IMG/VR virus record: IMGVR_UViG_3300025011_000016
Origin: a virus
Taxonomy: Duplodnaviria > Caudoviricetes
Reading direction: 5' to 3' (one strand)
DNA: 64,000 bases
Shown here: positions 29,836 to 40,808 of the stretch, one piece after another
Layout: each line of letters begins with the position of its first letter
Numbering within the stretch: the first letter of the stretch is position 1
Notes under the pieces: model-generated
Told to the model about the DNA's origin: nothing
Seen by the model: the letters and a program-made list of their open reading frames with translations, nothing else
Databases searched by the model: none
Translations under genes and position numbers: made by a program

Positions 29836-31773
29836 ATGATGGATAAACAAAAGATTTATAACTTCATGGGAATTAATGAGAATCTGTTATCAGCTAAAGA
29901 TAGAAGAGAATTACCTGAAGATAGTTTCGGTTTACCAGTGCAACGAAAATATCCATTAAATGATGAAGATCATATCAGAAAAGCTATTCAGTTTTTTAAG
30001 TTCTGTCCAGCTTTTCAAAAGAAGGTTTTAGCTATCAATATCAATAAAAGGGCTAAACTTCTAAATATGAAAATAAAGATTAATCATGATAATCCATTCT
30101 ATAAATATGCAGATAAGCATATAATTACTGAATCTTTGGGATCAACTAATCATCTTGCTTTAGAGGGATTAGTTGATATTCCTGAATATGGTAATATCAA
30201 TACTAAAGTTTCTGAAATATTAGATGATATACAATCTAAAATGATGACTAGTGGAGGAGAATTATTGGATTTTGAAAAAAGCTTACAAGAAAATATTATT
30301 CCACAATTAGTCACTTCATGCAAAAATGATATTGAATCTGGTTTACATATGATGAATCCTCTACGTTTATTAAATATGATAATGCAGAATCAATATACAA
30401 CGGTTTTTCTATATGGACATTTTATTGTAGGTCCAAGTACTCAGGAGGATAATGAGATATTCTACAATATTATATCAGATATCTGTTATACTATGTATGC
30501 TAAAATATCAGGAACTGATAAAAATATTAAAGCGCAGATTAGTATATTGCAAAACTTAATAGATCATTTTAGCTGTAACATATTTCATATTGAAAGAAAA
30601 GTTCAAGAAGTTCTCTTTGATTGCTACATTCATCGGCGTGAGTTAAGTATAAATAGTGAAGAAATTATTTCATTCGATACTCTTAAATCTATGGAAGATC
30701 ATCTAAATGATTTCCTCAGTTCTATTAAAGATAAGGAGTCTTCTATGTTATCGATATTAAGTTTTCCAAAAGAGATAATGGATTCTGTTCTTAAATCCTC
30801 CGATATGAATCTACTTAATACTAAGAATTATTTAAACAATCTGAAAGATCAACTTAAAAATCAAATAAATATTATAATGATGACCAACCAAATAAGTTGT
30901 GTTAGAGATCAGTTTAATGACGATAAAACATTTCTATTAAAAGATGTACCTAGAGATAATATTGATATATTCAATATAATTGAATATTTACCAGAAATGA
31001 TACTTAGTAGAAACATTAAATATTACAATAAAGATTATAGTTTGTATCTTGATAGTAAAGATTTATTAACCTTTACAGGCCTAAGAAATTTACTTGATAA
31101 TATATATATGACCCATGATAAATATGGTAGTGATATATATTTTGGTATCAATAAAGATAAATTGTATATACTAGGTAAAACTAATATTGCAGGAGAGGTT
31201 ATAATGATCAAATTATATGATTGTAAGAATCTGAATGTTGAGAATAACTTTACAACTACTGATCCCAGTAAATTAACTCCTATGACTATAAGTAAAATAA
31301 ATATTCTGATGAATGAAAAGGAGAATACTCTGTTATTAAGTAATATATTAACTGAAGGGTTAGACATCGATAAAGAAGGTAATATTAGATATGAAATGAA
31401 ACCGAAGAAATCATATATGGATGAGTACGCAGATAATCATCGATTATTATTAGTTAATCTAAAAACTAAAAACTATGATGCTGCTAAAAAGAACTTAGCA
31501 TTCTTATTCGCTCTAATTAGTATTATTGAACGTGATGTAATTTACAATAAAAAAACAAGAATCACTGATGATCAACGTATAGATGCAGAAAAAGCTCGTA
31601 CTTTTGCAATCAATGATTTTAAAACATATTTGAAAGAAATACAGAAAGTTGATCCTAAATTTGATTTTACTAAATTCTATGAGGATGGAGGTTATGGCTC
31701 ATTAGTAATAAATATATCACATGATTCAATATTAGGAATTAAGAAATTATTCAAAACAATTATGCTTGCATAA
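29836..31773 (+). CDS. Probable internal head protein
   Basis: LSAKDRRELPEDSFGLP..RKYPLND..HIRKAIQFF domain; ITES/ALEG/LTEG sites; late motif upstream. Confidence 0.55.
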   Translation: MMDKQKIYNFMGINENLLSAKDRRELPEDSFGLPVQRKYPLNDEDHIRKAIQFFKFCPAFQKKVLAININKRAKLLNMKIKINHDNPFYKYADKHIITESLGSTNHLALEGLVDIPEYGNINTKVSEILDDIQSKMMTSGGELLDFEKSLQENIIPQLVTSCKNDIESGLHMMNPLRLLNMIMQNQYTTVFLYGHFIVGPSTQEDNEIFYNIISDICYTMYAKISGTDKNIKAQISILQNLIDHFSCNIFHIERKVQEVLFDCYIHRRELSINSEEIISFDTLKSMEDHLNDFLSSIKDKESSMLSILSFPKEIMDSVLKSSDMNLLNTKNYLNNLKDQLKNQINIIMMTNQISCVRDQFNDDKTFLLKDVPRDNIDIFNIIEYLPEMILSRNIKYYNKDYSLYLDSKDLLTFTGLRNLLDNIYMTHDKYGSDIYFGINKDKLYILGKTNIAGEVIMIKLYDCKNLNVENNFTTTDPSKLTPMTISKINILMNEKENTLLLSNILTEGLDIDKEGNIRYEMKPKKSYMDEYADNHRLLLVNLKTKNYDAAKKNLAFLFALISIIERDVIYNKKTRITDDQRIDAEKARTFAINDFKTYLKEIQKVDPKFDFTKFYEDGGYGSLVINISHDSILGIKKLFKTIMLA

Positions 31774-31878
31774 GTAAAATTGTGTACATTCAGTAAATCT
31801 GAATGTACACAATTTTTATTACTTACTACATCTAAAACATATCTATAAAGAAAGAAATTAAAAGGAGCTGTTATAATA

Positions 31879-32757
31879 ATGTTAAAAAGGATTAAAACAA
31901 ATAAATCTATTGAAATAACTTTAATGACTATAACATATATTATTCTCACATCTTTAATATTTTTATCATTTAGGTATAATACAAATAATATATCGTCCCC
32001 GTCCACTACTCAAAACAATGCACCTACTGAAATCCAAACTATAGCACAAGTGGATGAACCTAAAATTACCGAACCCGTACTAATTAGTGAGTTTTATTAT
32101 GTTGATACTGATATCCTCAATGTACGTAGTGCACCGTCTATTGAATCCGAAAAGATTACTCAATATGTTAGAGATCAAAAACTTGAAGTTATTAATAAGT
32201 CGGAAACATGGTATCAGACTAAGGATGGATTTATTCATTCTGACTACTTAATAACTATAAATAAATATAATGAAAACATTAAGAAGTACGTGATATCTAG
32301 AGGATCGTTACCTTTAGATTTTATACGTTCCACAACTTTAGACATACGGACCCGATCAAATCTAACTATTAACGATTTAAGGTTATTACTTAAAGATACT
32401 GAATTAGAAGGAATTGAGAAATCAATACTTGATGTTGAAGATAAATATAAGATTAATGGTTTCTTTACATTAGCAGTTGCTCGTTTAGAAAGTGGTAATG
32501 GCACTTCACCTATTGCTAGAGATAAGAATAATTTATTCGGTATGAATGCCTTGGATGGTGACGCATATGCTTCTGCATATAGTTATAAATCAAAATCGGA
32601 TTCAGTACATTCTTTTGGTAAAACCATAAAGACACGTTATATTGATAATGGGACTATATGTATATCTGAAATAAATCCTATATACTGTAGTAATTCCGAC
32701 TGGGGAATTATAATAATTAAACTTATAAAGGAGGATTACGAACGTGTAAAAAGATAA
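31879..32757 (+). CDS. Membrane-anchored SH3b + GH73 glucosaminidase
   Basis: N-terminal TM; LNVRSAPS SH3b; AVARLESGNG, NNLFGMNA, Y..K. Confidence 0.85.
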   Translation: MLKRIKTNKSIEITLMTITYIILTSLIFLSFRYNTNNISSPSTTQNNAPTEIQTIAQVDEPKITEPVLISEFYYVDTDILNVRSAPSIESEKITQYVRDQKLEVINKSETWYQTKDGFIHSDYLITINKYNENIKKYVISRGSLPLDFIRSTTLDIRTRSNLTINDLRLLLKDTELEGIEKSILDVEDKYKINGFFTLAVARLESGNGTSPIARDKNNLFGMNALDGDAYASAYSYKSKSDSVHSFGKTIKTRYIDNGTICISEINPIYCSNSDWGIIIIKLIKEDYERVKR

Positions 32758-32846
32758 CGTTAATTTCAATTATATATTATTAAGACAGATAATATAAAGT
32801 TATATTTCCCATAACAAAAGATTAATAAAAGTAGGAGGTTGTTGTA

Positions 32847-33437
32847 ATGAGTGTAAATCAAACTTTAAAGAAATCAAACAATTTACTCGAAACAAATGTC
32901 GAGATCGATCCAGTTGGTGTTGTCTATAACATAACCGGGTCCGCAGTAGAGGAATTCCTATACAGCTATCTGGTAGATACATGTAAAATTGATCGTGTTT
33001 CAGGTGTACGGACTAATGTTGTCCGCGACGGATCAGCTCGTCCAGAAATGTCATTATACGTATTTATTGATGATAAGTCCAGGGATGTTAATACCGGAAT
33101 GCATAAAATTTCCTCGGCCCTTGCCAGTCGAATGGAAGAGGGAAATTATCAAATTTCCCCTGAGTTAAAAGAGGCAATGCAGCCTATTTGCAGAGATTTC
33201 AAGATCAACTCGAATCCAAGAGAACATGTCATTTACTTCAAATGTAGTATCTTCAAAGTTATCGGCATAATGTTTGCCGTCGATCCAAGAAGCCAAGCGA
33301 TTACAATTTCTGAAATCGCCCGGATTAAGAAACGGGATAGTATCTTAACTGTGATCAAAACAAACAAGTTCTTAGATCGGGAAGATTCTGGCGGCCTTGA
33401 TAAACTTCAAAATATTATTTCCCGTATCGAAGATTAA
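32847..33437 (+). CDS. Hypothetical protein
   Basis: AGGAGG RBS, TATATATTAT motif upstream. Confidence 0.7.
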   Translation: MSVNQTLKKSNNLLETNVEIDPVGVVYNITGSAVEEFLYSYLVDTCKIDRVSGVRTNVVRDGSARPEMSLYVFIDDKSRDVNTGMHKISSALASRMEEGNYQISPELKEAMQPICRDFKINSNPREHVIYFKCSIFKVIGIMFAVDPRSQAITISEIARIKKRDSILTVIKTNKFLDREDSGGLDKLQNIISRIED

Positions 33438-33505
33438 TCGGATACTGAATAAAAAGATATGTGGTAACACATATCTTTTTAATTTTTTTGTAGAGGGGAT
33501 TATGT

Positions 33506-33865
33506 ATGGCAAAGAAAGAAAAACCTGAAAAAATTAAATTTGAAATAGTTGAATTTATTGGATCTTTAAAAGAGAGTGATCAGCACGACTGGTGTAAACT
33601 GGTTGCGCGTATTGCCTGGAATGATAAACCACCATCCTTAGATATACGTAGTATGAATTTATCTGATCATAGAGCAGGTAAAGGTATTAGTTTAACTGAT
33701 GAAGAAGTCGACAAATTGATTGATTTATTATTAGAAAATGATTATGGATCATTGGAATTACTTGAGAAAGCTGTAGCTAAAAAGAGGAATCGGTTTACTA
33801 TAACTACAAATAATAATACATATCTTAATACAGATGAGAATTACGTGATCGAAATAAAACAATAG
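33506..33865 (+). CDS. PC4/YdbC-like ssDNA-binding protein
   Basis: WCKLVARIAWN...LDIRSM...GKGISLTDEE. Confidence 0.75.
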   Translation: MAKKEKPEKIKFEIVEFIGSLKESDQHDWCKLVARIAWNDKPPSLDIRSMNLSDHRAGKGISLTDEEVDKLIDLLLENDYGSLELLEKAVAKKRNRFTITTNNNTYLNTDENYVIEIKQ

Positions 33866-33871
33866 GGGCGG

Positions 33872-34972
33872 TTGGTGATTCCCTTGGATATTATCTTTAA
33901 TATGTTTAAAGTCAAATTTAAAAAGCTGGACGAATTAATGGATAAACATTGTTCTCATATTGGTAATACATCTAAGTTTAATATATTTATTAATCTAGAA
34001 TCAGTTATTAATAAGTTATCTAGTTCTAGTATAGATCAATATTTAAAAGTTAAAGAAGACAGATCGTTTGAGTTAATAAGCAATATAATTAATCTAGCTG
34101 CACATTATAGACTCTTCTTCACAAAGAATAAGGTATATTCAAAGGTTTATATTTATACAGGAAATCCATCTACTAAGCATTATAAAAATCATATAGTATT
34201 ACCTGAGTATAGATCTTATTATCAACATAAGTATTCAGGCGATCCAAATAATTTTGTATTAAATTCAGTATTAAACGAATCCATACCCTTCACTAAAATC
34301 ATATTAGAGTACGTGGAGGGTGTATATCTCATTCAAGGTGATGGTATAGAATCATCTCTCATACCTCACATAATAACGAAAGGTTCAGATGAGGAATATA
34401 TTAATTTCATTGTAACTACAGATAAGTACGATTATCAATATGCATGTAAAAACTTCTATATTATTAGACCAAAAAGAGATGATAGTTATGTTATCAGTAA
34501 AGAAAATCTTATTACTGAACTAAAACTTGAAAGTAAAATTGTTAATGATAAGAATATCAATGCTCAATATTATCCATTTATATTATCTATACTAGGAGAT
34601 AAATATCGATCGATTGAGAAATTAAAACGTATAGGTTTATCTACTATCATTAAGATGGTTAATAAAGCTATTAGTATTAATATAATTGGTAAAGATGTTT
34701 ATAACATTAATATTCTTTCAAATATAATAAAGGAAGAGTATAAACAATTACTACTCAATAATTACCAATGTATAGATCTAGATACCCAATTTCAATTATT
34801 AAATATAAAGGATTTATATACTATTACATCACAAGTGATTGATAAATTTGATAATGTATCATTAAAAAGGATAAATGATGAGTACTTTATTAACAACCCA
34901 TTATCTCTGATGGAATTAACAGCCGCTACTAAACTTATTACTAAACGAAGTAAAACAAATATATTTATATAA
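33872..34972 (+). CDS. 5'-3' exonuclease / RNase H (FEN-like) family protein
   Basis: IFINLES, VTTDKYD, ILGDKYRSIEKLKRIG (H3TH-like). Confidence 0.55.
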   Translation: MVIPLDIIFNMFKVKFKKLDELMDKHCSHIGNTSKFNIFINLESVINKLSSSSIDQYLKVKEDRSFELISNIINLAAHYRLFFTKNKVYSKVYIYTGNPSTKHYKNHIVLPEYRSYYQHKYSGDPNNFVLNSVLNESIPFTKIILEYVEGVYLIQGDGIESSLIPHIITKGSDEEYINFIVTTDKYDYQYACKNFYIIRPKRDDSYVISKENLITELKLESKIVNDKNINAQYYPFILSILGDKYRSIEKLKRIGLSTIIKMVNKAISINIIGKDVYNINILSNIIKEEYKQLLLNNYQCIDLDTQFQLLNIKDLYTITSQVIDKFDNVSLKRINDEYFINNPLSLMELTAATKLITKRSKTNIFI

Positions 34973-34984
34973 GGAGTGATTTAA

Positions 34985-35218
34985 TTGCTATTGAGTAAGG
35001 TAAGTCTACCTAAACTAAAGGAACGTTCTCTTAAATTACATGATGATTTACTTTTCGATACAGGTTGGTTTAATTGCAGACGAATACGTAAAGAGTTGGC
35101 ACTGATAAGTGATGAAATTGATTATCAAGAGGGTCGTAAGCAATTTGCGAATAGACCTTATAGTAAACCAACTATGCTCAGAGCTGATGAGGTAGTCAAT
35201 TGCCCACCAAGAAAATAA
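34985..35218 (+). CDS. Small hypothetical protein
   Basis: AAGGAGTG RBS, TTG start. Confidence 0.5.
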   Translation: MLLSKVSLPKLKERSLKLHDDLLFDTGWFNCRRIRKELALISDEIDYQEGRKQFANRPYSKPTMLRADEVVNCPPRK

Positions 35219-35243
35219 TATATTTGAATGGAAGTGGATTATA

Positions 35244-35602
35244 ATGAATGAATTACATGATGTGGTTTTACTTGATCTAAATACAGACATTAGGTTTACT
35301 AAAGAATTAATTGATATTGCATTGGGTGCCGACCATATATCTGAATTAATGCGCTGTGGATCATGGTTTGGTGAACTCGGAATTGGAAACGACCCGTTGA
35401 TTATTGATAATAAGAGAATTGCTTTTAAGATTCTCAAATATTATTGGATTGGAAATATGCTATGGGCACTATTACTATTCTAAATACCCCTAGTGGTAAA
35501 ATCCTGAGTGATCTCTTTAATACGGTAAAATTTAAACCACAAGGATTTGATGATAAAAGATCCCCGAGAAAGATTCATATAACTAAATTTGTTGCATGTT
35601 AA
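35244..35602 (+). pseudogene. Frameshifted paralogue of the 35627 gene (prohead-protease-like fold)
   Basis: Aligns with 35627-35992 (SWFGEL, IAFKI..YYWI); a 1-nt deletion near 35462 shifts the GTITILNTPSGKIL tail out of frame. Confidence 0.7.
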
Positions 35603-35626
35603 TTTGAATGAAAGAGGTTTATTTTA

Positions 35627-35992
35627 ATGGCTAAAATTTATGAAGTTATATTACTTTATTTAAACAAAGATCATCAATTTACCAAAGAAGAAGTTGATAG
35701 AGAATTGAAAAGTAATATGCTTATTGTAGAAGCGATACAGCGTAATTCTTGGTTCGGTGAATTGATTTCTATAGGGGATGTGAAAGCCGATCCATTCTTA
35801 TGTAATTTCAGTAATATTGCATTTAAGATCATCCAGTATTATTGGATAGACAATATACTTGGCGGGTCTATTGAAATTTTAGATACTCCTAAGGGAAAGA
35901 TTCTTGAAGCTTGTATCAGTAAAGTACAATTTAAAATGAATGGTGTATTTAATACGGAACAATTTTTAATAACTCACTTTAATGCATATTAA
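35627..35992 (+). CDS. Inactive prohead-protease-like protein
   Basis: SWFGEL..NIAFKIIQYYW..GSIEILDTPKGKIL follows the T4 gp21/S77 pattern but lacks the catalytic His and Ser. Confidence 0.55.
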   Translation: MAKIYEVILLYLNKDHQFTKEEVDRELKSNMLIVEAIQRNSWFGELISIGDVKADPFLCNFSNIAFKIIQYYWIDNILGGSIEILDTPKGKILEACISKVQFKMNGVFNTEQFLITHFNAY

Positions 35993-36087
35993 TATAAATA
36001 AAGACTAAGCTTACATGCTTAGTCTTTATTTTTTTTGTCTTAGTATACAAATATATAATAATAAATATAAAGGTGGATGATTTATAA

Positions 36088-37338
36088 ATGAATAATATGC
36101 CTACTGATATGAAGTTTTATAAATACATAGTAGAATCTTTTGTTATATTATTACCCGATGATCCAGTACCAATAGTTATAGAACCTAAACATATAACTGA
36201 TATTGCAATTGAACGTGATTATGATGATGATTACTATCCTATTATACGATTATCTACTATATTGACACCTACAGTATATTTTAATATATTAAAAAATAAA
36301 TTAGGTGTTAGGTTTAAACTAAGAATACAGAAGTTTATATATGATAAAAGTAATCAATTTCAATTTAAAACCGATGTGTTCAATAGAATATTTTCAGTTT
36401 ACTTAAATGAAGATACACCATTTATGAGTCAATCAACTTATGACGAAACTAAGAAGGTAGAGAAATCTGAGACTACTCCTAAAGATTTAAGTAATGAATT
36501 TACATTTTATTTATTTAATGAATGGGACCTTATTAATACAAGGCGTATAAACAATAAGATATTTTCTAATTGTAATATGACTGATGTTTTAACGCATATG
36601 CTCGGTATTAATCATTTCATCGAAGTTCTTATGACTCCATTAGACAATACTACTGTATATGAAGAAGTTATATTTCCTCCTCTACCATTCTTAGGAGGAT
36701 TATTGGCTTTAGAACAAGCATATGGATTTTATAAGAATGGATTATTATTATTCTTTGATGTTGAATGTACGTATTTTATTGATTTAAATGTTAAGTGTAC
36801 AGCATTTAGATTAGCTGAATATACACAAACTGTATTTAATATACGAGATTCTATCAGTAGTGATGTATTTACTCCAGGAAGTTATGTGGATGATATTAAT
36901 AAGAAATTTATTATAAATGTACTTCCTAATACTATACAAATGCATAGTCATTCAATTGTTACAGATCAGACTGAAGGTAATAATCTATTAATTATTAATC
37001 CAGAAACTGGTATTACAACTGACCTAAGAACAAATTCAACTGAACGTAAAGATGGGACATACAAAGTCATGGTCAATAAGAACAATAATGAATATTGTAA
37101 TTCTATGGCTAAATTACAAAGAAGTGAAAATAGTAAAATTATAACTCTCAGTATAGGAGATTTTGATACCGATGTAATTACACCAAATAAAGAGTTCTTA
37201 TTTGTATTTGAAAATCAAAAGATTAATACCGAATATGGTGGTAATTATCGTATTAGTAAAAATCATATTGTCTTTAATAAACAAGGTGAAGACTTTACTA
37301 TAAATGCTACATGTGAATTTAGAAAATATACAGAATAG
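36088..37338 (+). CDS. Putative baseplate/tail structural protein
   Basis: 416 aa; TACA-N6-TA late-like motif upstream; function inferred. Confidence 0.5.
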   Translation: MNNMPTDMKFYKYIVESFVILLPDDPVPIVIEPKHITDIAIERDYDDDYYPIIRLSTILTPTVYFNILKNKLGVRFKLRIQKFIYDKSNQFQFKTDVFNRIFSVYLNEDTPFMSQSTYDETKKVEKSETTPKDLSNEFTFYLFNEWDLINTRRINNKIFSNCNMTDVLTHMLGINHFIEVLMTPLDNTTVYEEVIFPPLPFLGGLLALEQAYGFYKNGLLLFFDVECTYFIDLNVKCTAFRLAEYTQTVFNIRDSISSDVFTPGSYVDDINKKFIINVLPNTIQMHSHSIVTDQTEGNNLLIINPETGITTDLRTNSTERKDGTYKVMVNKNNNEYCNSMAKLQRSENSKIITLSIGDFDTDVITPNKEFLFVFENQKINTEYGGNYRISKNHIVFNKQGEDFTINATCEFRKYTE

Positions 37339-37373
37339 ATGAGATTAACTCTCATCTATTCTCTTTTTAGTTT

Positions 37374-38516
37374 TTATTTAGTACCCATTGCTTTCTTAGT
37401 GCCTTTTTCATCAGGATCATTATCTACAGTTGAACCAGCTTCTTTAATTATAGCTTTTAATGCATTCATATAAGCTTTAAATCGCTCTTCTAAAACTGTC
37501 ATTAATGCAGATATAACTAATTGCTTAATCTGCATATTATTTTTAAGAAATATTAATTCAATAGTAGATAACCCATCATATTTTTGATTAACTTCATCTG
37601 TTTTCTTTTGTTCAGCATCAGATTTATTTACAATAGTGACTTCAGTATGATTAGTTTTTTTTGTCGTATCGGCAAGTTTCTTTGGTTCATCAGTAGTCTT
37701 TTCGGGCTGTTTAGGTTGATCGGCTTCAAGAAGGATAAAACTATCCAACTGAGCAATATCAGTTGAACTATAAAACGTATTTTCAACTAAACAGAAATTC
37801 TCTGATACTGGACGTGTCTTCAACACCTTTTCCACACGCTGAAATTCCTTTTCTGAAGCATCCATTAAAGCTTTAACCATGGGCTCGATGTCTTTCCCAT
37901 AATTAAAACAATAATTTTTAAATTCTATAACTTGGGTTTTTAATTTATCTCCTTCTAAGGCGATAGCTTCAACGCCTTTAGCATTACCACCACGATAATA
38001 GTTTTTCAATCCATTAGTCAAATCGTCATTAGCATCTAGATATTCACTATAAATATCCTTTTTGATTTCATCTAAATTCTTATATTTTTCTAGTGTTTGT
38101 TTATTAGACATAATCTTATCCGTTTGTTTCTGAATGGTGTATAAATCAGTTTTCAATCTATTTATTGGCATATTCCAAAAGGGTATCATTTGTATTTTAA
38201 GCTTACTATAATCAATTTTATCAAACTTATTAAAATTTGCATCCATCCAAGCTTTATTTGATTCAAACATAGATTTTGTTTTCTCCGAAAATATACCAAA
38301 GATTCTCTTAAAGAATTCAGCCAATTTTGCAAATACACCAGTAGTTTGATTACTAGCATTATTAGTAGCGACTTGGGCTTCTTCAAATAATACTTGATAA
38401 TTCTCTAATGTAGTAATAATAAAATTTGATTCATCTTCCATTCTATTAAAGATAGTTTCATTAAACTCTTTAGTTACAGTTAAATTATTCCTTAATACTA
38501 ATGCACAATAATCCAT
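37374..38516 (-). CDS. Internal head protein paralogue
   Basis: LFEEA followed by the amphipathic helix FAKLAEFFKRIFGIF. Confidence 0.6.
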   Translation of the reverse strand: MDYCALVLRNNLTVTKEFNETIFNRMEDESNFIITTLENYQVLFEEAQVATNNASNQTTGVFAKLAEFFKRIFGIFSEKTKSMFESNKAWMDANFNKFDKIDYSKLKIQMIPFWNMPINRLKTDLYTIQKQTDKIMSNKQTLEKYKNLDEIKKDIYSEYLDANDDLTNGLKNYYRGGNAKGVEAIALEGDKLKTQVIEFKNYCFNYGKDIEPMVKALMDASEKEFQRVEKVLKTRPVSENFCLVENTFYSSTDIAQLDSFILLEADQPKQPEKTTDEPKKLADTTKKTNHTEVTIVNKSDAEQKKTDEVNQKYDGLSTIELIFLKNNMQIKQLVISALMTVLEERFKAYMNALKAIIKEAGSTVDNDPDEKGTKKAMGTK

Positions 38517-39607
38517 TATGAATCACCTCTAATCGTTTCTATTTTCTTTTCAGGTCCACTAAATAGAGATTTACGAATAATCACTTTATATAACTTCATA
38601 CATTCTTTAATAGCATTAACCTTTTCAGTCATAACCGTTATACATATACTACCAATTTCTTTAGATTGAGTATATTTAAAATTAAAGAATGTATTAATAA
38701 CATCCATCTTCTGTAAATCATAATTATGTTCAACGGTATCATCTTTTGTTATTCCAGATGAATTGGAATTCATACTTATATGGTGCATACCTGTAACTTT
38801 AGTTGTATTTCGATAATAAGTTGATGCACTCTTTTCAAAGAAGTTTTTCATACTTTCAATGAGAGATATAACTCTATCTTTTTCTTTATTAGCATCGTTG
38901 AATGTCCTTTTTAAATTTGGATAATCATTAATAACTTTATCAAGATATGATTTATTAACAGTTATATCAATCTCATCTTTATCTACATTATTACGATAAG
39001 TTCTCTTAGTATGATCTAAGAATTCTTCAGATGTAATCTCACCATTAGCTCCAATTACTTTAGCTCTTACTTTATTCATAAAAGTTTCTGAAGTAAATTC
39101 TTCTCTTTCTTTAATAATATCAGCTTTCTTCATAGTATGAACTTTATCTAATTCACTATTGTAATCATTAATAACGTTAGTTACCTCATCCAATTTAGGA
39201 ATACTTGAACTAAATGTATACTCATATCCTTTAACTGTAAAGTCAGGTTTAAGATCACTAAACTTATCTTTATATTTAGTTAAGAATGAATCAAAATCTC
39301 CTATATAAGCATAGATAATCATAAATACGTTTTTCATGAATTCAATAAAACGATTTAATAAATTCTTAAAGAATTCAATAACAGAATGAATGAAATCACC
39401 CATTCCTTCAGTAAGAATATCAACATTCTGATCTTTTAATGCTAAATGAGTTACCTGAATATGATTTCTATTAATATCAAAATAATTTTCTTCTAATATT
39501 AAGAGAGTTTCTAAATGTGATTGAGTTACATCAAAATCTTCAATATAAGCTTTTGGTCTATTAGTTGTTACTTTTTTAGAAAATATATTTTCTAACATAT
39601 ATACCAC
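38516..39607 (-). CDS. Internal head protein paralogue
   Basis: ILTEG-MGDFIHSVIEFFKNLLNRF. Confidence 0.65.
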   Translation of the reverse strand: MVYMLENIFSKKVTTNRPKAYIEDFDVTQSHLETLLILEENYFDINRNHIQVTHLALKDQNVDILTEGMGDFIHSVIEFFKNLLNRFIEFMKNVFMIIYAYIGDFDSFLTKYKDKFSDLKPDFTVKGYEYTFSSSIPKLDEVTNVINDYNSELDKVHTMKKADIIKEREEFTSETFMNKVRAKVIGANGEITSEEFLDHTKRTYRNNVDKDEIDITVNKSYLDKVINDYPNLKRTFNDANKEKDRVISLIESMKNFFEKSASTYYRNTTKVTGMHHISMNSNSSGITKDDTVEHNYDLQKMDVINTFFNFKYTQSKEIGSICITVMTEKVNAIKECMKLYKVIIRKSLFSGPEKKIETIRGDS

Positions 39608-39695
39608 TCCTTTTATACATAATCATTATTAATTTGTTTCAATAAATAAAAAAGTTATACTAGATGAATTAATTCATCTAGTATAACTTTTGGTA

Positions 39696-40769
39696 TTAGA
39701 GACTTCGTATAGCCGCTTCGAGGATGGAATTGGACGGGGTATAACCGTCAATACTGTTGAAAGAATCCTTAACAACCTTAAATCTTAAGAATGTTTTTAG
39801 AATCGATTGATAATCTCTCGCCTCTTCTTTATATGCATCAATTTCAACACGGGCGATAGTCGATACTAAAGTTATAGTAAATCGCATCATCTCACTCGAA
39901 TGCCCAACAAATGGTGCAATTTTTGAGTAATCGTCACCTTTAAATTTATTTGCAGCTTGATTAATTGCTGTGATTGAGCGGTTGATAAGAGTAGTCGCCT
40001 TTTTTTCCTTTTCAGTTATAACATTAATAGTCTTATCTTTATTTTTCAAAGAAGTCATCATCTCTTCTCTGGTAGGTCCATTAAATGATTCAAATTCTTG
40101 TTTTTCAGTTTCATTATTCCGACATGCCTTTTTGAGATTATCCTGGAACTCACTCAAAGATTCAGCACCTAGAACCTTGAGAAGCTCTTCTTTCGAATTT
40201 TCGGCGTTATACTCTGACTGAAGTGTATCTTTATGTTTGGTTAACGCATCTTGATGTGCTGAAGATGAGACAGCGTTTCCCTCAATATCTTTAGCATAAT
40301 CCTCATGCGCCTTTGCAATCTTCCCAAGCTTATCAGATACTGCACTCTGTGCACTTTCAATAGTGTATTTAAATCCTTTATATTTAAACCCCTTGGGGTT
40401 TTTGCCACGAATTTCAGTTTCAAATTTGGTAACAAACTCTTTACCTGAAGAAAATATGAGACTTAGAGCCCGGCGAACAACCTCATACCAAGATTTGAGT
40501 TTATCCATTAACGTTTTAAACATACTCTTTATCCGCGTCCACATGTCAGTGGCAAATCCTTCTAATAGAATATCTACCGTCGAGGTCCCTTCAAATACGG
40601 ATTCCTCCATCATAACATCCGAAATGTACATACCCGCCCGTATTTGATAAGATTCTTTCGCCGATTCTGTAATAATTAGATCATGACCTTCGGATGTTGG
40701 AATAGTATTAGGATAAATTATACTATCTTGACTGGATTGAATATTTTCCCGTTTACTGAAAATAGACAT
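39696..40769 (-). CDS. Internal head protein paralogue
   Basis: LLEG-FATDMWTRIKSMFK; SSGKEFV..F..EI, GFKYKGFKYT. Confidence 0.65.
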   Translation of the reverse strand: MSIFSKRENIQSSQDSIIYPNTIPTSEGHDLIITESAKESYQIRAGMYISDVMMEESVFEGTSTVDILLEGFATDMWTRIKSMFKTLMDKLKSWYEVVRRALSLIFSSGKEFVTKFETEIRGKNPKGFKYKGFKYTIESAQSAVSDKLGKIAKAHEDYAKDIEGNAVSSSAHQDALTKHKDTLQSEYNAENSKEELLKVLGAESLSEFQDNLKKACRNNETEKQEFESFNGPTREEMMTSLKNKDKTINVITEKEKKATTLINRSITAINQAANKFKGDDYSKIAPFVGHSSEMMRFTITLVSTIARVEIDAYKEEARDYQSILKTFLRFKVVKDSFNSIDGYTPSNSILEAAIRSL

Positions 40770-40808
40770 AACTTTATTTCCTCCTTCACTCTAGTTATAT
40801 TTATTTAA

